Origin: Leucoraja erinacea
Lineage: Eukaryota
Length of the DNA: 64,000 bases
Direction of reading: 5' to 3'
Assembly: GCF_028641065.1 (NCBI RefSeq)
Contig: NC_073384.1
Location: forward strand, 48,050,001 to 48,114,000
Under the pieces are notes generated by a model. The model was not told the origin of the DNA. It saw only the letters and a list, made by a program, of their open reading frames with translations, and did no database searches. Below are positions 23,551 to 36,295 of the stretch, piece by piece (position 1 is the stretch's first letter; the number at the start of each line of letters is the position of its first letter). A program made the position numbers and the translations under genes.

Positions 23551-26500
23551 ACCATTAATGTTTTATTCTATACAGTGTCTAATTACTTACCGCAAGTAAC
23601 ATGGAAACACTCCCTAAGATGTTTTTCCCCCCCAAGTTACATGGATAGGATAGGTTTTGAGGGATATGGGCGAAAGGCAGGGAGGTGGGAATGGTGTAGA
23701 TGGGACACGTTGATTAATATGGGCAAGTTGAGCCGAAGGGTCTGTTTCCACGCTGTATGATTCTATGTCTCTATGACTATGACTCTTAACATTGGCCTCT
23801 GCATTGACCTTTGCGACTGCATTGACCTTGGAGGCAAGAGATTGAAGGGGTATGGGAGCAGATAAATGTCCGCACTTGGGTAAATGCTGATGCAGACAGA
23901 TTGGGCCAAATAGAGGATTTGCTAACATTTATGTCTGAACTTCTTGTGTTTTTCGGTTATTTTGTAATTTAACAGGATGAGCTCTGAAACAGATTGCATT
24001 TCTGCTGTCGCATTGGTGCAGCTGCTGTTGAAATTGGAGCTGGCTTGTGAAGTATTATGCATCACAGATGGCATATAAATATTGAGGATTTTCAAGAGGA
24101 AAGTAACAGAGCTATATCAGCATCTGCCAGGGAGGCAGCGATCGCTGTGCTTTGATCCGGGTTCCGGTATTCACGTGCAGTTGTGCAGCCTCTTTGTAGG
24201 AAAGCTGGCACATGACATGAGGTACGGATGGACCTTGTTGATTTAGCAATTTATTATCATTCCATTAGTGCATTAAAACACTTCTTGCTCCGATTTCCTC
24301 CCACACCCTGAAGAGAGGCGTTATATGGCAATTGTAAGTGAGCCTGACTCTGACATGTATGTGGTAGAATCTGAGGAGAGTTGATGACAATGTGGGAAGA
24401 ATGAGTTAAAATGGTCACTGCCTTTTTTTTTTGTAATAAAAAGGACCTGCAGATGCTGGTTTATGTACCGAGGTACAGTAAACTGCTTTTTTTTTGCATG
24501 CGATCCAGTCAGTGAAAATACTATACATGTATTATAATCAAACTGTCCACGGTGGAGAGATACAGGATGAAGGGAGTAACGGTTAGTGCAAGATAAAATC
24601 CAGTAAAGTCCAATTAAAGAGTACATGTTGTCCTGTTTCATGTGGACTGAACTGCAGATGCTGTGTTACACCAAAGATAGACACAAAATACTGGAGTAAC
24701 ATTAGCGGGTCTGAAGAAGGGACTCAACTCGGAATGTCACCTATTCCTTTTCTCCAGAGATGCTGCCTGACCGCTGAATTATTCCAGCATTTTGTGTCTA
24801 TCTTTGCTTTTTTCATGTTCAGACATGTTGGGATCCAGAACAGATTTCCATTCGAACAGTTGCTTCCACTGTGGGCAACTGCAAAGGGTTGCAGTTCAAT
24901 GTGGTTAAAAGTCACTGGATTGGATATCATATTCTAATATTTCGGAGAGGCTTACAGAAAAGTGCAATACTCATTTTGTGAGGATTTTAGATGGATACAA
25001 TTTATTTGTCTATCTTCATGCTAAAACACAACGTAACCAGAGGACTTAACAGTTAGAATAAGGAAAAATTATTTTTAAGATGCAAAGCAAAATATCTTGT
25101 TTTCCCTTTTGGGCTGAAGGTAGAAGGGGAGATGTAAGAGTCTGCAGATGCTGAAACCATGAGCAAAAAAACAGTGCTGGAGGAACTCTGCGGGTCAGTC
25201 AGTGTAGGGGGTTAAGAGGGGAAGGTCGATCAGCCATGATTGAACGGCAGAGTAGACTTGATGGGCCGAATGGCTTAATTCTGCTCCTATCACTGATGAA
25301 CATCTGTAAAGAGTCTTGAATCGTCACCTGCCTATTCTCTTCACAGATGCTGCCTGACACTTTGATTGTTTTTCTGTAGGAGGAGAGACATTTAGTGGTA
25401 ATGATGTACAGTAAATGATGTACATTAAATGACATGGACCTGGTCTGATTTGAGTGTGAATTACTGTCCTTTGCCACTTGTTCCACTCCTACCACTTGGC
25501 CATTCTAATGCCTCGCAGATTGTAGGCACATATGTGAGAAAGTCAATTATGGCTGCAGTACTCTATAATCGGGATCGAACCTGGGTCTCCGGCGCTGTAA
25601 GGCAGCGACACAAACTCTCTAGGAAAGCTAGGGTGTGACATGAGGAATTGACCTTGTTGATTGCCATAAGATTCCAGTTTATTTCCTGATGGTGGGAAGG
25701 TATTATTAGGTAATGTAGGACATCTCATGGATATTTAGAAATTTGACATAATTTTTCATTTAAAAGACAGATTAGTGAAATTGATAAAAAAGCGTCTGGC
25801 AACATGGATTTAAAACGAGATTTCATGATAGAAAGCCAAGGGTTATAATATTGCTTTTTAGATGGGGCGATGAAGTTTCTTCAATTCTCGCAGGGACCAC
25901 GGCTTTCTCTTTATGTTAATTTGTAATGAATTGAATATAGCATGAAAGACAAAATCTCAAAATTTGCTCACCAACATTTTATACAACTGTTACTGAGACG
26001 TATGCACCGCACAATGTAATTCTTTTGCACAATCCACAAATGCACAGTCGTCATATTTTGACACCGTTTACAAAGAAAAAGGTTGTATGTCCAGTCAACA
26101 TCCTGGAAGTACTAGAGTGCCCTTGATCATGCTCTGTCCAACGAAAACATGTGCCTTTTTCATCACGTTGTCTACCTATGTCACCACTTTTGGGGAATGA
26201 TGTAATTGTTTCCCCGAGGTCTCTTTGTTCTACAGCACTCACTAAGGCCCTGTAATTTACTGTCTGTGTGCTAACCAGGTTTAATGATGTAATTCAAAGA
26301 AGTACGTTGAATCCCTGTGTAAATTTTGGTAAGTTGCTAAGTATTATAGCTAGGATGGTATTATGGGGTTGCCTGACATTAGAAATTAAAACAAAATCTT
26401 AATAATGGAAATACCCATTCTAATAAACTGAATTCTAATAGAATCAATGAAGAAAAAAAGTTCTGCCTTTGTCCCAGATGTTAAGTTTATCAGAATCTAA

Positions 26501-27486
26501 CACATTAGTCTGCCTTCAGTCTTAACAGATGCTAAGAATGCACTTGCAGCACTTTTCATTATTGTTTCAGATTTTCAGTATCTGCAGTTTTGTATTCTTG
26601 ATAATTTGTTTGTTTAATGCTTTATTGAGCAACATTGTCCATATCTCAATCTGAAATCAGTGTGAAAGTTGATGCAGTTGGCCCACCGAGAGGGGAATAA
26701 AGACAGACATGTTGGCACATTTTAACCTGCCATCCAGTTATTGCTGCTGGAACGTTCCTGTGCATTTGCTGGGTGAAGTCATCATTTGGCCCATGTGCCA
26801 CTACGCTTGACAAGCCTGATAATTAGTACTTGTGAAACCATGTCTCGGCTCGTTGTTGTCTTTGGGGGTGGAAAAAGGAGTAAACTGCAGTGAAAGTTCA
26901 TGATTTTTTTGGACCTCAAGTTTTTTTAAACATTTAATTTACTGGAAATGGTCTTTGTTAAGCCAGCATTTATTGGCCATCCCTAATTTCCAGTGAGTAG
27001 TTGCTTTCCTGGACCCTGGCAATACAAGTCTTAATGGTAACCTCATTGTGATATTTAGCAGGGAGCTCTTCTGGGTGGCACGGTGGTGTGGCAGTAGAGG
27101 TGCTGCCTCACCGCGCCATAGACGTGTTTGATCCTGACTACGCGTGATGTCAGTGGATATATTTTTTAGGCAGAGATAGACAAATTATAGATTTGAACGG
27201 GTGTCAAGGTTTATGGGGAGAAGGCAGGAAAATGGGATTTGGAGGCAGAGACCAACTATGATTGAATGGCATAGTAGACTTGATGGGCCGAATGGCCTGG
27301 TTCTACTATAACTTGTGAGTGCACCTTGAAAACAATACCAACAGTGGCCATGGTGCACCGTTGGTGGAGGGAGTAAATATTAAGATTGAGGGGTGGAGTG
27401 CCATTCAAACGGTCTACTGTGTGGTGTCAGGCTTGAATGTTGTTCGATGGAATATGATTTTTCATTTTACCAAGACAAAGTTAATG

Positions 27487-27900
27487 TCAATAGACAATAG
27501 GCAATAGCTGCAGGAGTAGGCCATTCGGCCCTTTGAGCCAGCACTGTCATTCAATGTGATCATGGCTGATCATCCCGAATCAGTACCCTGTTCCTGCCCT
27601 CTCCCCATATCACCTGACTCCGCTATCATTAAGAGCCCTATCTAGTTCTCTCGAAAGTATCCAGAGAACCAGCCTCCACCGCCATCTGAGGCAGAGAATT
27701 CCACAGACTCACAACTCTCTGTGTGAAAAAGTGTTTCCTCATCTCCGTTCTAATTGGCTTGCCCCTTATTCTTAAACTGTGGCCCCTGGTACTGGACTCC
27801 CCCCAACATCGGGAACATGTTTCCTGCCTCTAGCATGTCCAAGCCCTTAATAATCTTAAATGTTTCAGTAAGATCCCCTCACATCCTTCTAAACTCCAGA
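27487..27900 (-). mobile_element. CR1 3' fragment
   Basis: Reverse complement of the CR1 3' end (LEFRRM..., tail). Confidence 0.85.
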
Positions 27901-28961
27901 TGTAATGTCCTGAATGTGTCAGCCCTCTGGAACCTGTAGTACCTTCCACAGATCACCTTTAGGAAGAGATAGTAATCTTTAATTCCTATGAATAGGAGGC
28001 TCTCAATGCAAATTTGAGACATGACTTGCTGAATATATGTTGGAGGAAGAAATGATAGCAATGTTCAAGAGGCATATGGACTGACAAATGAACAGGAAGG
28101 CAGATGCGAATAAAGTGCTGGAGTAACTGAGCGGGTCGGCAACATCTCTGAAGAGGTGTCTCGACCCGAAATGTCATCCATTCGTTCTATCCAGAGATGC
28201 TGTCTGTCCCGCTGAGTTACTCTGGCATTTTATGTCTATCTCGCGAGAACGTGGATAGGTGACATTTTGGCTCCTGACCCGACGTCACCGAACCACATTC
28301 TCCAGTGATGCTGCCTGACCTGCTCAGTTACTCCAGCTTTGTGTCCCTTTTGTGTAAACCAGCATCTGCATGAAGGCAGATGGGGTTAGATAACATGATT
28401 GGTGCAGATTTGTGATGCCATACTGCTTCGTTTTAGAGCCTTTTATTAGATTTGTAAATCATAGTTTTCCTTCAGAACTGTTATTCATTTACCTAAAAGC
28501 TATGGAAAATAATCTGCAGCAATAACCTCTGAATTTTAACTGCAGTTTCAGATTTTTTGTTTTTAATTGAGCATTATTTTCATTTTGAGGAGTGCTATAT
28601 TTTATATTAAAAAAGTAAATAATATAAGCCTATAGACTTTAGCTTTAATGTTTAAGAAGGAACTGCAGATGCTGGAAAATCGAAGGTAGACAAAAGTGCT
28701 GGAGAAACTCAGCGGGTGCAGCAGCATCTATGGAATGAAGGAAATAGGCAACGGGTTAAAATATAAAATATTGAATTAATATATTTCACTGACCGCACAG
28801 TCACATTTGAGTCATATACATATTGAATCAACAACTTAGCAAGTACATCAATGCCTACACTTCCTTAGAAGGCTTAGGAAGTTCGGCATTTCCCTACAAC
28901 TCTCACCAACTTCTACAGATGCACCATAGAAAGCATTTTATCAGGATGCATCACAGCTTCA

Positions 28962-29532
28962 TTTGGTGAGACCAAATCTGGAGCATGGTGTACAATTTTG
29001 GTCGCCCAATTATAGGAAGGATGTCAACAAAATAGAGAGAGTACAGAGGAGATTTACTAGAATGTTGCCTGGGTTTCAACAACTAAGTTACAGAGGTAGG
29101 TTGAATAAGTTAGGTCTTTATTCTCTGGAGCGCAGAAGGTTAAGGGGGGACTTGATAGAGATCTTTAAAATGATGAGAGGGATAGACAGAGTTGATGTGG
29201 ACAAGCTTTTCCCTTTGAGAATAGGGAAGATTCAAACAAGAGGACATGACTTCAGAATTAAGGGACAGAAGTTTAAGGGTAACATGAGGGGGAACTTCTT
29301 TACTCAGAGAGTGGTAGCGGTGTGGAATGAGCTTCCAGTGGAAGTGGTGGTGGCATGTTCGTTTGTATCATTTAAAAATAAATTGGATAGGCATATGGAT
29401 GAGAAGAGAATGGAGGGTTATGGTATGAGTGCAGGCAGGTGGGACTAAGGGAAAAGAAGTTGTTCGGCACGGACTTGTAGGGCCGAGATGGCCTGTTTCC
29501 GTGCTGTAATTGTTATATGGTTATATGGTTAT
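28962..29532 (+). mobile_element. CR1 3' fragment
   Basis: ORF 28963-29448 VRPNLE..VQFWSP...FFTQRVV.VWNELP; (GGTTATAT)n tail. Confidence 0.9.
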
Positions 29533-30091
29533 TAGGCAATATAAAAGAGTAAAGGTCCTGATAGAATTGCATAAAACATTAGTGTGGCCACAGCTGAGGT
29601 ATCGTGTTGCACTGTAGGAAGGCTGTGATAGCACTGGAGAGGGTGATCACGAAATACACCAAGATATTACGCGAAATGGAAAGAGGAGGCCGATATTGTA
29701 CTTGATGGAAGTATGCAAAATAATGGGAGGTATAGATGTGGTGGACAGTAAGAAACTTCCTCACATCAGTGTTGCCTTCAACTAAACATTTAGGGTAAGG
29801 AATAAAAGGTTTAGGGGCGATCTGAGAAAATGTTATTTCTCTCAGTTGGTGGTTAGAATCTGGAATGCACTGACTGGATGGGTGGTAGAGGAAGGTACTG
29901 TCATAATATTCAAGATGACACCAGATGAACACTTGACGGTCAAAGGGTGGAAGGTTATGGACCAAGTGTTCATAAGTAGGATTAGTATAGACAATTATTT
30001 GATGGTTTTCCATGGACTTGATGGGCCAAAGGGTTTCTTTCTGTGGTGTATGACTTTATGGCTCTTTGGTGTTAGTAAACATAGTATAATA

Positions 30092-30455
30092 CAGATCCAC
30101 CACCGATTTTCCAGCATGCTTGGTTCCAAGAGCCTTGCCAGAATATCTGTTCTACTGTATCAACAGAGGTCACAGCCTCTGAGAGGAGTCGAATGGGACA
30201 GAACAGTCCGCCTAGGCTGCTGGGGAACTGAGATACTGATACTAAAGTCGGCCTTGGTAGTCGGCTATGGGAACAGATCTGCCGGCTGGGGCTGGGCCTG
30301 AGTTCCAGAACCCCAGCCGCAGGAGTTCTAGAGCCCTGGCCCACTGTGCGAATTCAAATGAGGTTGAGATCGGCTGCATTTTCAGGCGCAATTCCGGGCG
30401 AATTTCAAGTGTGCTCTTGTAATTTTGTCCAGATTAAAGAAGATACCGGATCATC
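30092..30455 (+). mobile_element. Non-autonomous DNA element, Tc1/mariner (pogo/Tigger-like)
   Basis: TA|CAGATCCACCACCGATTTTCCAGCA start; related inverted copy at 56655-56904. Confidence 0.5.
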
Positions 30456-31159
30456 AGTTCACAAGTTCATAAGTGATAGGAGCAGAATTATGCCATTCGT
30501 CCTGTCAAGTATACTCCGCCATTCAATCATGGCTGATCTATCTTTCCCTCTTAACCCCATTCTCCTGCCTGCTTCCCATAACCCCTGACACCCGTACGAA
30601 TCAAGAATCCACTGTCTTAAAATAGGTGATGGACCTCATTTATCATGTGAGATTTGTATATTTAGCAATTTTCATTTTTTTTAATTGGACAATTAATATT
30701 AATGAAGTAATTTCAGGAACCTATTTTAGTGATTGAGTACAAAGGAGCTGAATTAAAATGCACTAATTAATTAATGATTATTATTAGAGTGCATAAACTG
30801 TTGCTGGTTATTGTGTATCCTCTTACTATGAAGATCAGTACATCCTGTTAGTAATTTTCATTCTTATAACAGCAGGGAAACAGCTGTTCTTAAATCTGCG
30901 GGGATGCATTTCCAAGCTTTTGTATCTTCTACTCGATGGAAGAGGGGAAAAGAGAGAAGTGCCAGGATGTGTGGTCCTTGTATCACGGCTGTTTCCCCAA
31001 GGTAGAGCAAAGTGTAGTGTAGATGGAGTTGATGGGGGAGGCTGGTTTATGATGTAGAGGGCTGCGTTCACAACTCAGCAAATTCTTGTGATCTTGGGCA
31101 GAGCATGTTGCCCCACCAAGCTCTGGTGCATCCAGATAGAATGTTTTCTGTAGATATTG

Positions 31160-31560
31160 ATTCAAGAGAATTTATTGTCATGTGTCCCAGATAGGACAAT
31201 TAAATTCTTGCTTTGCTTCAGCACAACAGAATATTGTAGGCATAAATAAATACAGAACAGAACTGATCAGTGTGACCATATACCAATGAATATACACACA
31301 TAAATAAACAGATAAAGTGCAATGGGCTATTTAACGATCACCTTTGTTTGAGTTGAGTTTAATAGCCTGATGATGGCTGTGGGGAAGCTATTCCTGAACC
31401 TGGATGTTGCAGATTTCAGGCTCCTGTACCTTCTACCTGAAGGCAGCGGGGAGATGAATGAGTGGCCAGGATGGTCATTCACGACATGCTGAATTTCCTG
31501 AGCCTTCTGAGGAAATAGAGGCATTGATGCGGTTTCTTGGCTTGTAGCATCAATTTGGTT
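31160..31560 (-). mobile_element. Rex1/Babar 3' fragment
   Basis: HPGHSFISPLPSGRRYRSLKSATSRFRNSFPTAIIRLLN. Confidence 0.8.
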
Positions 31561-31629
31561 GGATCAAAGCAAATTGTGAAGGGGGTGGGGGGAAGGATTT
31601 ACAAGATGCTGAATTTAATATTTATTGCG

Positions 31630-32355
31630 CAAAACACAAAATGCTGGAGTAGCTCAGTGGCTCAGGCAGCATCTTTGGAGGGAATGAACATGCAATATTT
31701 CAGGTCGGGACCCTTCTTCAGACTGATTGTGGGAGGGGGGAGAAAGCTGGAAATGCGGTGGGGCTGGCACAAAGCCTGGCAAGTGATGTGTCATATATCG
31801 GTGAGATTGAGTGTACACTTGATGAACCTTTCGCTGGGCACTTACACTCAGTCAGTCTACGCAAGCTCCCAGTTGCCAAACATTTTAACTCCGCTTCCCA
31901 TTGCCATACTGACCTTTCGGACTTGGGCTTCCTCCACTGTCAGATGAAGCCACACACAAATTGGAGGGGCAGCAGCTCGTACTTCACTTGGGCAGCTTGC
32001 AACTCAGCAGTATGAATTGATTTCTCTAATTTCAAGCAAGCAACTCCTGCATTCCCTCCCTCCCAGTTGTCCTACCTGTTCCACTGTTCACATCCTGGTA
32101 TCCCTCTTGTTATCACACCTTTTCCAGCCAACAATGGGTCATATTGGGGTCCACCGTTCCTCTGGTCATCTTTTGCCAGCCCTGATTTGTTCTGGCCTTT
32201 ACTTGTCTCCAGTTTATTTCCTCCTGCCACCCCCCCCCCCCCCCCCCCCCCCCCTAACCAACCTATACTTTTAGTCTGAAGAAGAGTTCCGAACCAAAAC
32301 GTCACCTGTTCCTTTCCTCCAGAGATGCTGCCTGACCGCTGAGTAACTCCAGCAG
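31630..32355 (+). mobile_element. Penelope-like element, 5'-truncated with inverted 5' terminal repeat
   Basis: GIY-YIG remnant YIGE...F..HL.SV...PVAKHFNS.SH, then 3' UTR and repeat with hammerhead-like core (32277-32303); inverted repeat copy at 31630-31790. Confidence 0.8.
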
Positions 32356-33319
32356 TTATTATTACCTATTATGGGTACAGAACAGCCTGGCAAGTGATAG
32401 GTAGATACAGGTAGAGGGGATTTGCTTGACAGATGGATGGAAAAAGGCTAGAGATGAAAAAGGGTATCAGATATGGAGTGAAATGTGAAGCCAGAGGAAG
32501 GGAAGAAGGTAGATGAGGAATGGGGGAGGGGAGTGGGAGTTGGCGAGTGGGAGTGCTGGAAGCTGAAATTATAGCTTTGTAATTGACCCATCAGAAGAAA
32601 TAAAGCACAGCGGACCAGATTGTGGGTGAGATTTGGAAGATTTTGGAAGGTAAATGTCCTGTGATCATTGGTATACACTCCAAGGCTGTGCCAACACAGG
32701 AGCAATGAAACCGAGCACAGCTGCTCGGTGATCTCAGCACTCTCTGAATACATTGAAGATGAATAATAAGCTATACATGGGATTTTTGATTACTGTGAGT
32801 GAATGGTTAACAAGGCTGTAATTTGCTGCAAAGAAATGGATAACATTGTGACCCATTGAAGTAAAACACAAAGTGGTTTCTGGATGTCAGTTGAGCCAGG
32901 CGATTAAATTATAGCCTTACACTCTTCCTGTTTGCATGTTCTCTGTTTATCTCCCTCTCTCTCTCTGTTTTTAATATTACATATTTTATCATCCCAAAAT
33001 GCAAAAGCAAACTGCAGAGAAAATTCGGGTGTCATTACTAAAGATTATTGCCATGACTCACAGTTGAGACAATGACAGCTCCAAAGCATAATTATATATT
33101 ATCAGTGCAGTGCAAACCCATCAAATCTCGAGGCTCTTTTCCTTGGAAGAGCGTGGGGCAGCTTCAGCATCTGGTGCATGAAGTGCCAACTTGATGAGGT
33201 TACAACACAGGGCAGCATACTGTATGTTGTCTTCTGTTGGCAAAACTCCATTTTAAAATCTTGCTACTTCCAGCTTTTCTATGGTGATGGACATGTTATA
33301 ATCATCAGATGAACAAGAC

Positions 33320-33770
33320 TCATAGAGCCATACAGCGTGGAAACAGGCCCAGTTTGACCACACTGACCAACATGTCCAATCTACACTATTCCCACCTGCC
33401 TCTGTTTGTCCCATATCTATCTAAAACTATCATATCCATGTATGTCTAAATTTTTCTTAAATGTTGTAGTAGTCCCTGCATCAACTACCTCCTCCGTCAG
33501 CTTGTTCCATATACCCACCACCCTTTGTGTAAAAAAGTTATCCCTCAGGTTACCATCAAATCTATCCCCCCTCACCTTAAACCAGTGTCCTTTGGTTCTC
33601 GATTCCCCTACTCTGGACAAGAGACTCTGTGCGTTTATCAGGTCTATTCCTCATAATTTTGTTCACCTCTATCAGATGCGCTCCAAGGAATAGGGGCCCA
33701 GCCTGCTCCGCTTTCCCTATAGCTCAGGCCCTCGAGTCCTCGCAACATCCTCATAAATCTTCCATTCTCC
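33320..33770 (-). mobile_element. CR1 3' fragment
   Basis: ESRTKGH.FKVRG.RF.GNLR.NFFTQRVVGIWN. Confidence 0.85.
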
Positions 33771-34813
33771 ATCAAAGCTAAGGAGCAGCACAATTGGTCA
33801 ACTTGTGGACTGCTGCCCATCAACCCCTGTGTTCCGGGTTCAACCCTGACCCCCGATACTATCCGTATGGGGCTTAAATGTTGTCTGTGACTCTGCATTT
33901 CCTCCGCATGCTCCTGTTTCCTCCCACACTCCAAAAACATGCGGGTTGGTAGATTAATTGGCCATTAAAATACCCCCAGAATGTGCGTTAATGGGATAAT
34001 CTGAGGAGAGTTGATGGTAATGTGGAGAGAATAAAATGGGATTAATGTAGGATTAGTGTAAATGGGTGTTTGATGGGAACCTCCCCCTATCAAGAAAGAA
34101 TCTCCAGATTCAGGAACAGTTTCTTCCCAGCTGTCATCAGGCAACAGAACCACTCTATCACCAACTAGACCTACCATTTACCTCATTGGAGACCCGAGGA
34201 CTATCTTTATTGGGACTTTACTGGACTTTATCTTACACTGTGCGTTATTCCTTTTATCCTATAACTGTTTGCAGTGGATGGCTCAATTGTAATGTATAGT
34301 CTTACCGCTGACTGGTTAACACGCAACAACAAGCTTTTCACTGTTTACATGTGATAATAAATTAAATTAATCTGCGAAATTCTCTGTCACAGAAGGTGGA
34401 GATGCTGTGTCAATAAATATATCGGAAAGGAAACCGATATATTTATTAATGCAAAGGGTTATGGGAGAAGCTAGGAAAATAGTGGAGAAGCCGATGATAT
34501 CCATGATTGTATTGAATGTTCAAGCTGAAGGGCCAGTTGGTACACTCCTGCTTGAACTTTTACGTTTCTTAGATCTTCAGCATCAATATCCCGGAGATTT
34601 GCCTTTGGCCAGAAACTCACCTGGATCAATCTGAAAAATTCCTTGACTTTTTCAGCTGGTCAAAAGGTGAGTGGCTCACCTGACCCTTGGGGCCTTCTTA
34701 CCACTGAAAAAGCTCACAAGAATCATGAGGAACTTATCAAAAACTTTAAAAAAAAAGACACAAAGTGCTTTCAACATAATTTGTTTCCTTAAAAGCATTC
34801 CTGTATAATTATT

Positions 34814-35116
34814 GGTGGCAGACAAAAATGCTGGAGAAACTCAGCGGGTGAGGCAGCATCTATGGAGCAAAGGAAATGGGCAACGTTTCAGGTCGAGACC
34901 CTTCTTCAGACTCTGACGAAGGGTCGCAATCTGAAACGTTGCCTATTCCCTTCGCTCCATAGATGCTGCCTCACCCGTTGAGTTTCTCCAGCATTTTTGT
35001 CTACCTTCGATTTTGCAGCATTTGCAGTTCCTTCTTAAACAGAAAGTGTTTCCTTCGGATTGACTCATTTTTTAACTGCAAATGCTTGACTTTTAAACAA
35101 GTTCCTTCTTAAACAA
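34814..35116. mobile_element. Palindromic Penelope-derived short element with 3' extension
   Basis: ~95-bp inverted arms centred near 34910; 14-bp TSD CCTGTATAATTATT (34800-34813, 35117-35130). Confidence 0.85.
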
Positions 35117-35579
35117 CCTGTATAATTATTTTCTCATTTCCAACATGAGGTTGCTTTCCTGATCATCAATTTTTGAATGAGCCACTGTATGAACATTGTG
35201 CCCCTAAAATGCCATTGTGTTATTACCTCAGCTTTAGAGACGTATTTGAAACATTTTTATTGTTATTCTCTTGTTCACCTTCCCTGCTTGGTGTGATGAG
35301 AGTGGATGTAGTGCGTTTTATAGTGAGTGGAGAAGGATTGCAAAAATCATTGTGTGTAGGAAAGAACTGCGGATGCTGGTTTAAATCAAAGCTAGACACA
35401 AAATGCTGGAGTAACTCAGTGGGACAGGCAGCATCTCTGGAGAAGGAATGGGTGATGTTTCAGGTTGAAACTGAGTTGAGTTACTCCAGTATTTTGTGTC
35501 TATCTGCAAAAAGCATTTATATTTTGTGAAACATTTGTTGGTTGTATGTAATTTTTCGATACCTCTTTTTTTTTGTTAG

Positions 35580-35702
35580 GTTCACGCTCTGAATATCTTG
35601 AGGGCACTGTTCAGGGACACCAAATTAGGCGAAAATGTCATTCCCTACGTGGCAGACGGATTGCAAGCAGCCATCCTTGGGTTTATGTCTCCAATATGGG
35701 CA
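35580..35702 (+). CDS. THADA: THADA internal coding exon (123 bp)
   Basis: Poly-T gttag|GTT...TGGGCA|gtaagt, phase 0/0. VHALNILRALFRDTKLGENVIPYVADGLQAAILGFMSPIWA, a highly conserved THADA segment. Confidence 0.96.
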
Positions 35703-35980
35703 GTAAGTCATAACCTTCTAACATTCTTTGCAAGTTTACTAACTGGATCTTTTCCAGAGCTAATGTAATCAAAAACAAAATGGGCAATAAGGGAAACCAA
35801 AAATGCATAAAAGTCCTTAATGTCAAAGGCTATTGAGATATATATTTCCCATTTTGTGTAAATGCTTACGAGGGAGACTTTCCCATCATCGTGGTATGAT
35901 GAAAATGGTTCATGTGTTGAACAAGGCAGCAGTCCTTCAATACGATGGGGAGAGGATGAGCTGTGCAAAGTTGAATTTGT

Positions 35981-36295
35981 TTAGTTTAGTTCAGTTTAGA
36001 GATACAGCGTGGAAACAGACCCTTCGGCCCATCGACTCGCACCGACCAGCGATTCCCGCCCATTAACACTATCCTACACGCACCAGGGATAATTCACACT
36101 TATACAAAGCAAATTAACCTACAATCCTGTACTTCTTTGGAGTGTGGGAGCAAACTGAAGATCTTGGAGAAAACCTACACGGTCATGTGGAGTACGTACA
36201 ACCTCCTTACAGACAGCACCCATAGTCAGGACCAAACCCGGGTTTCTAGAGCTGTAAACGCTGTAAGGCAGCAACTCTACCACCGTGCCACCCTG
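35981..36295 (-). mobile_element. HE1/V-SINE-type SINE
   Basis: Reverse-complement consensus with (TTTAG)n tail. Confidence 0.83.
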
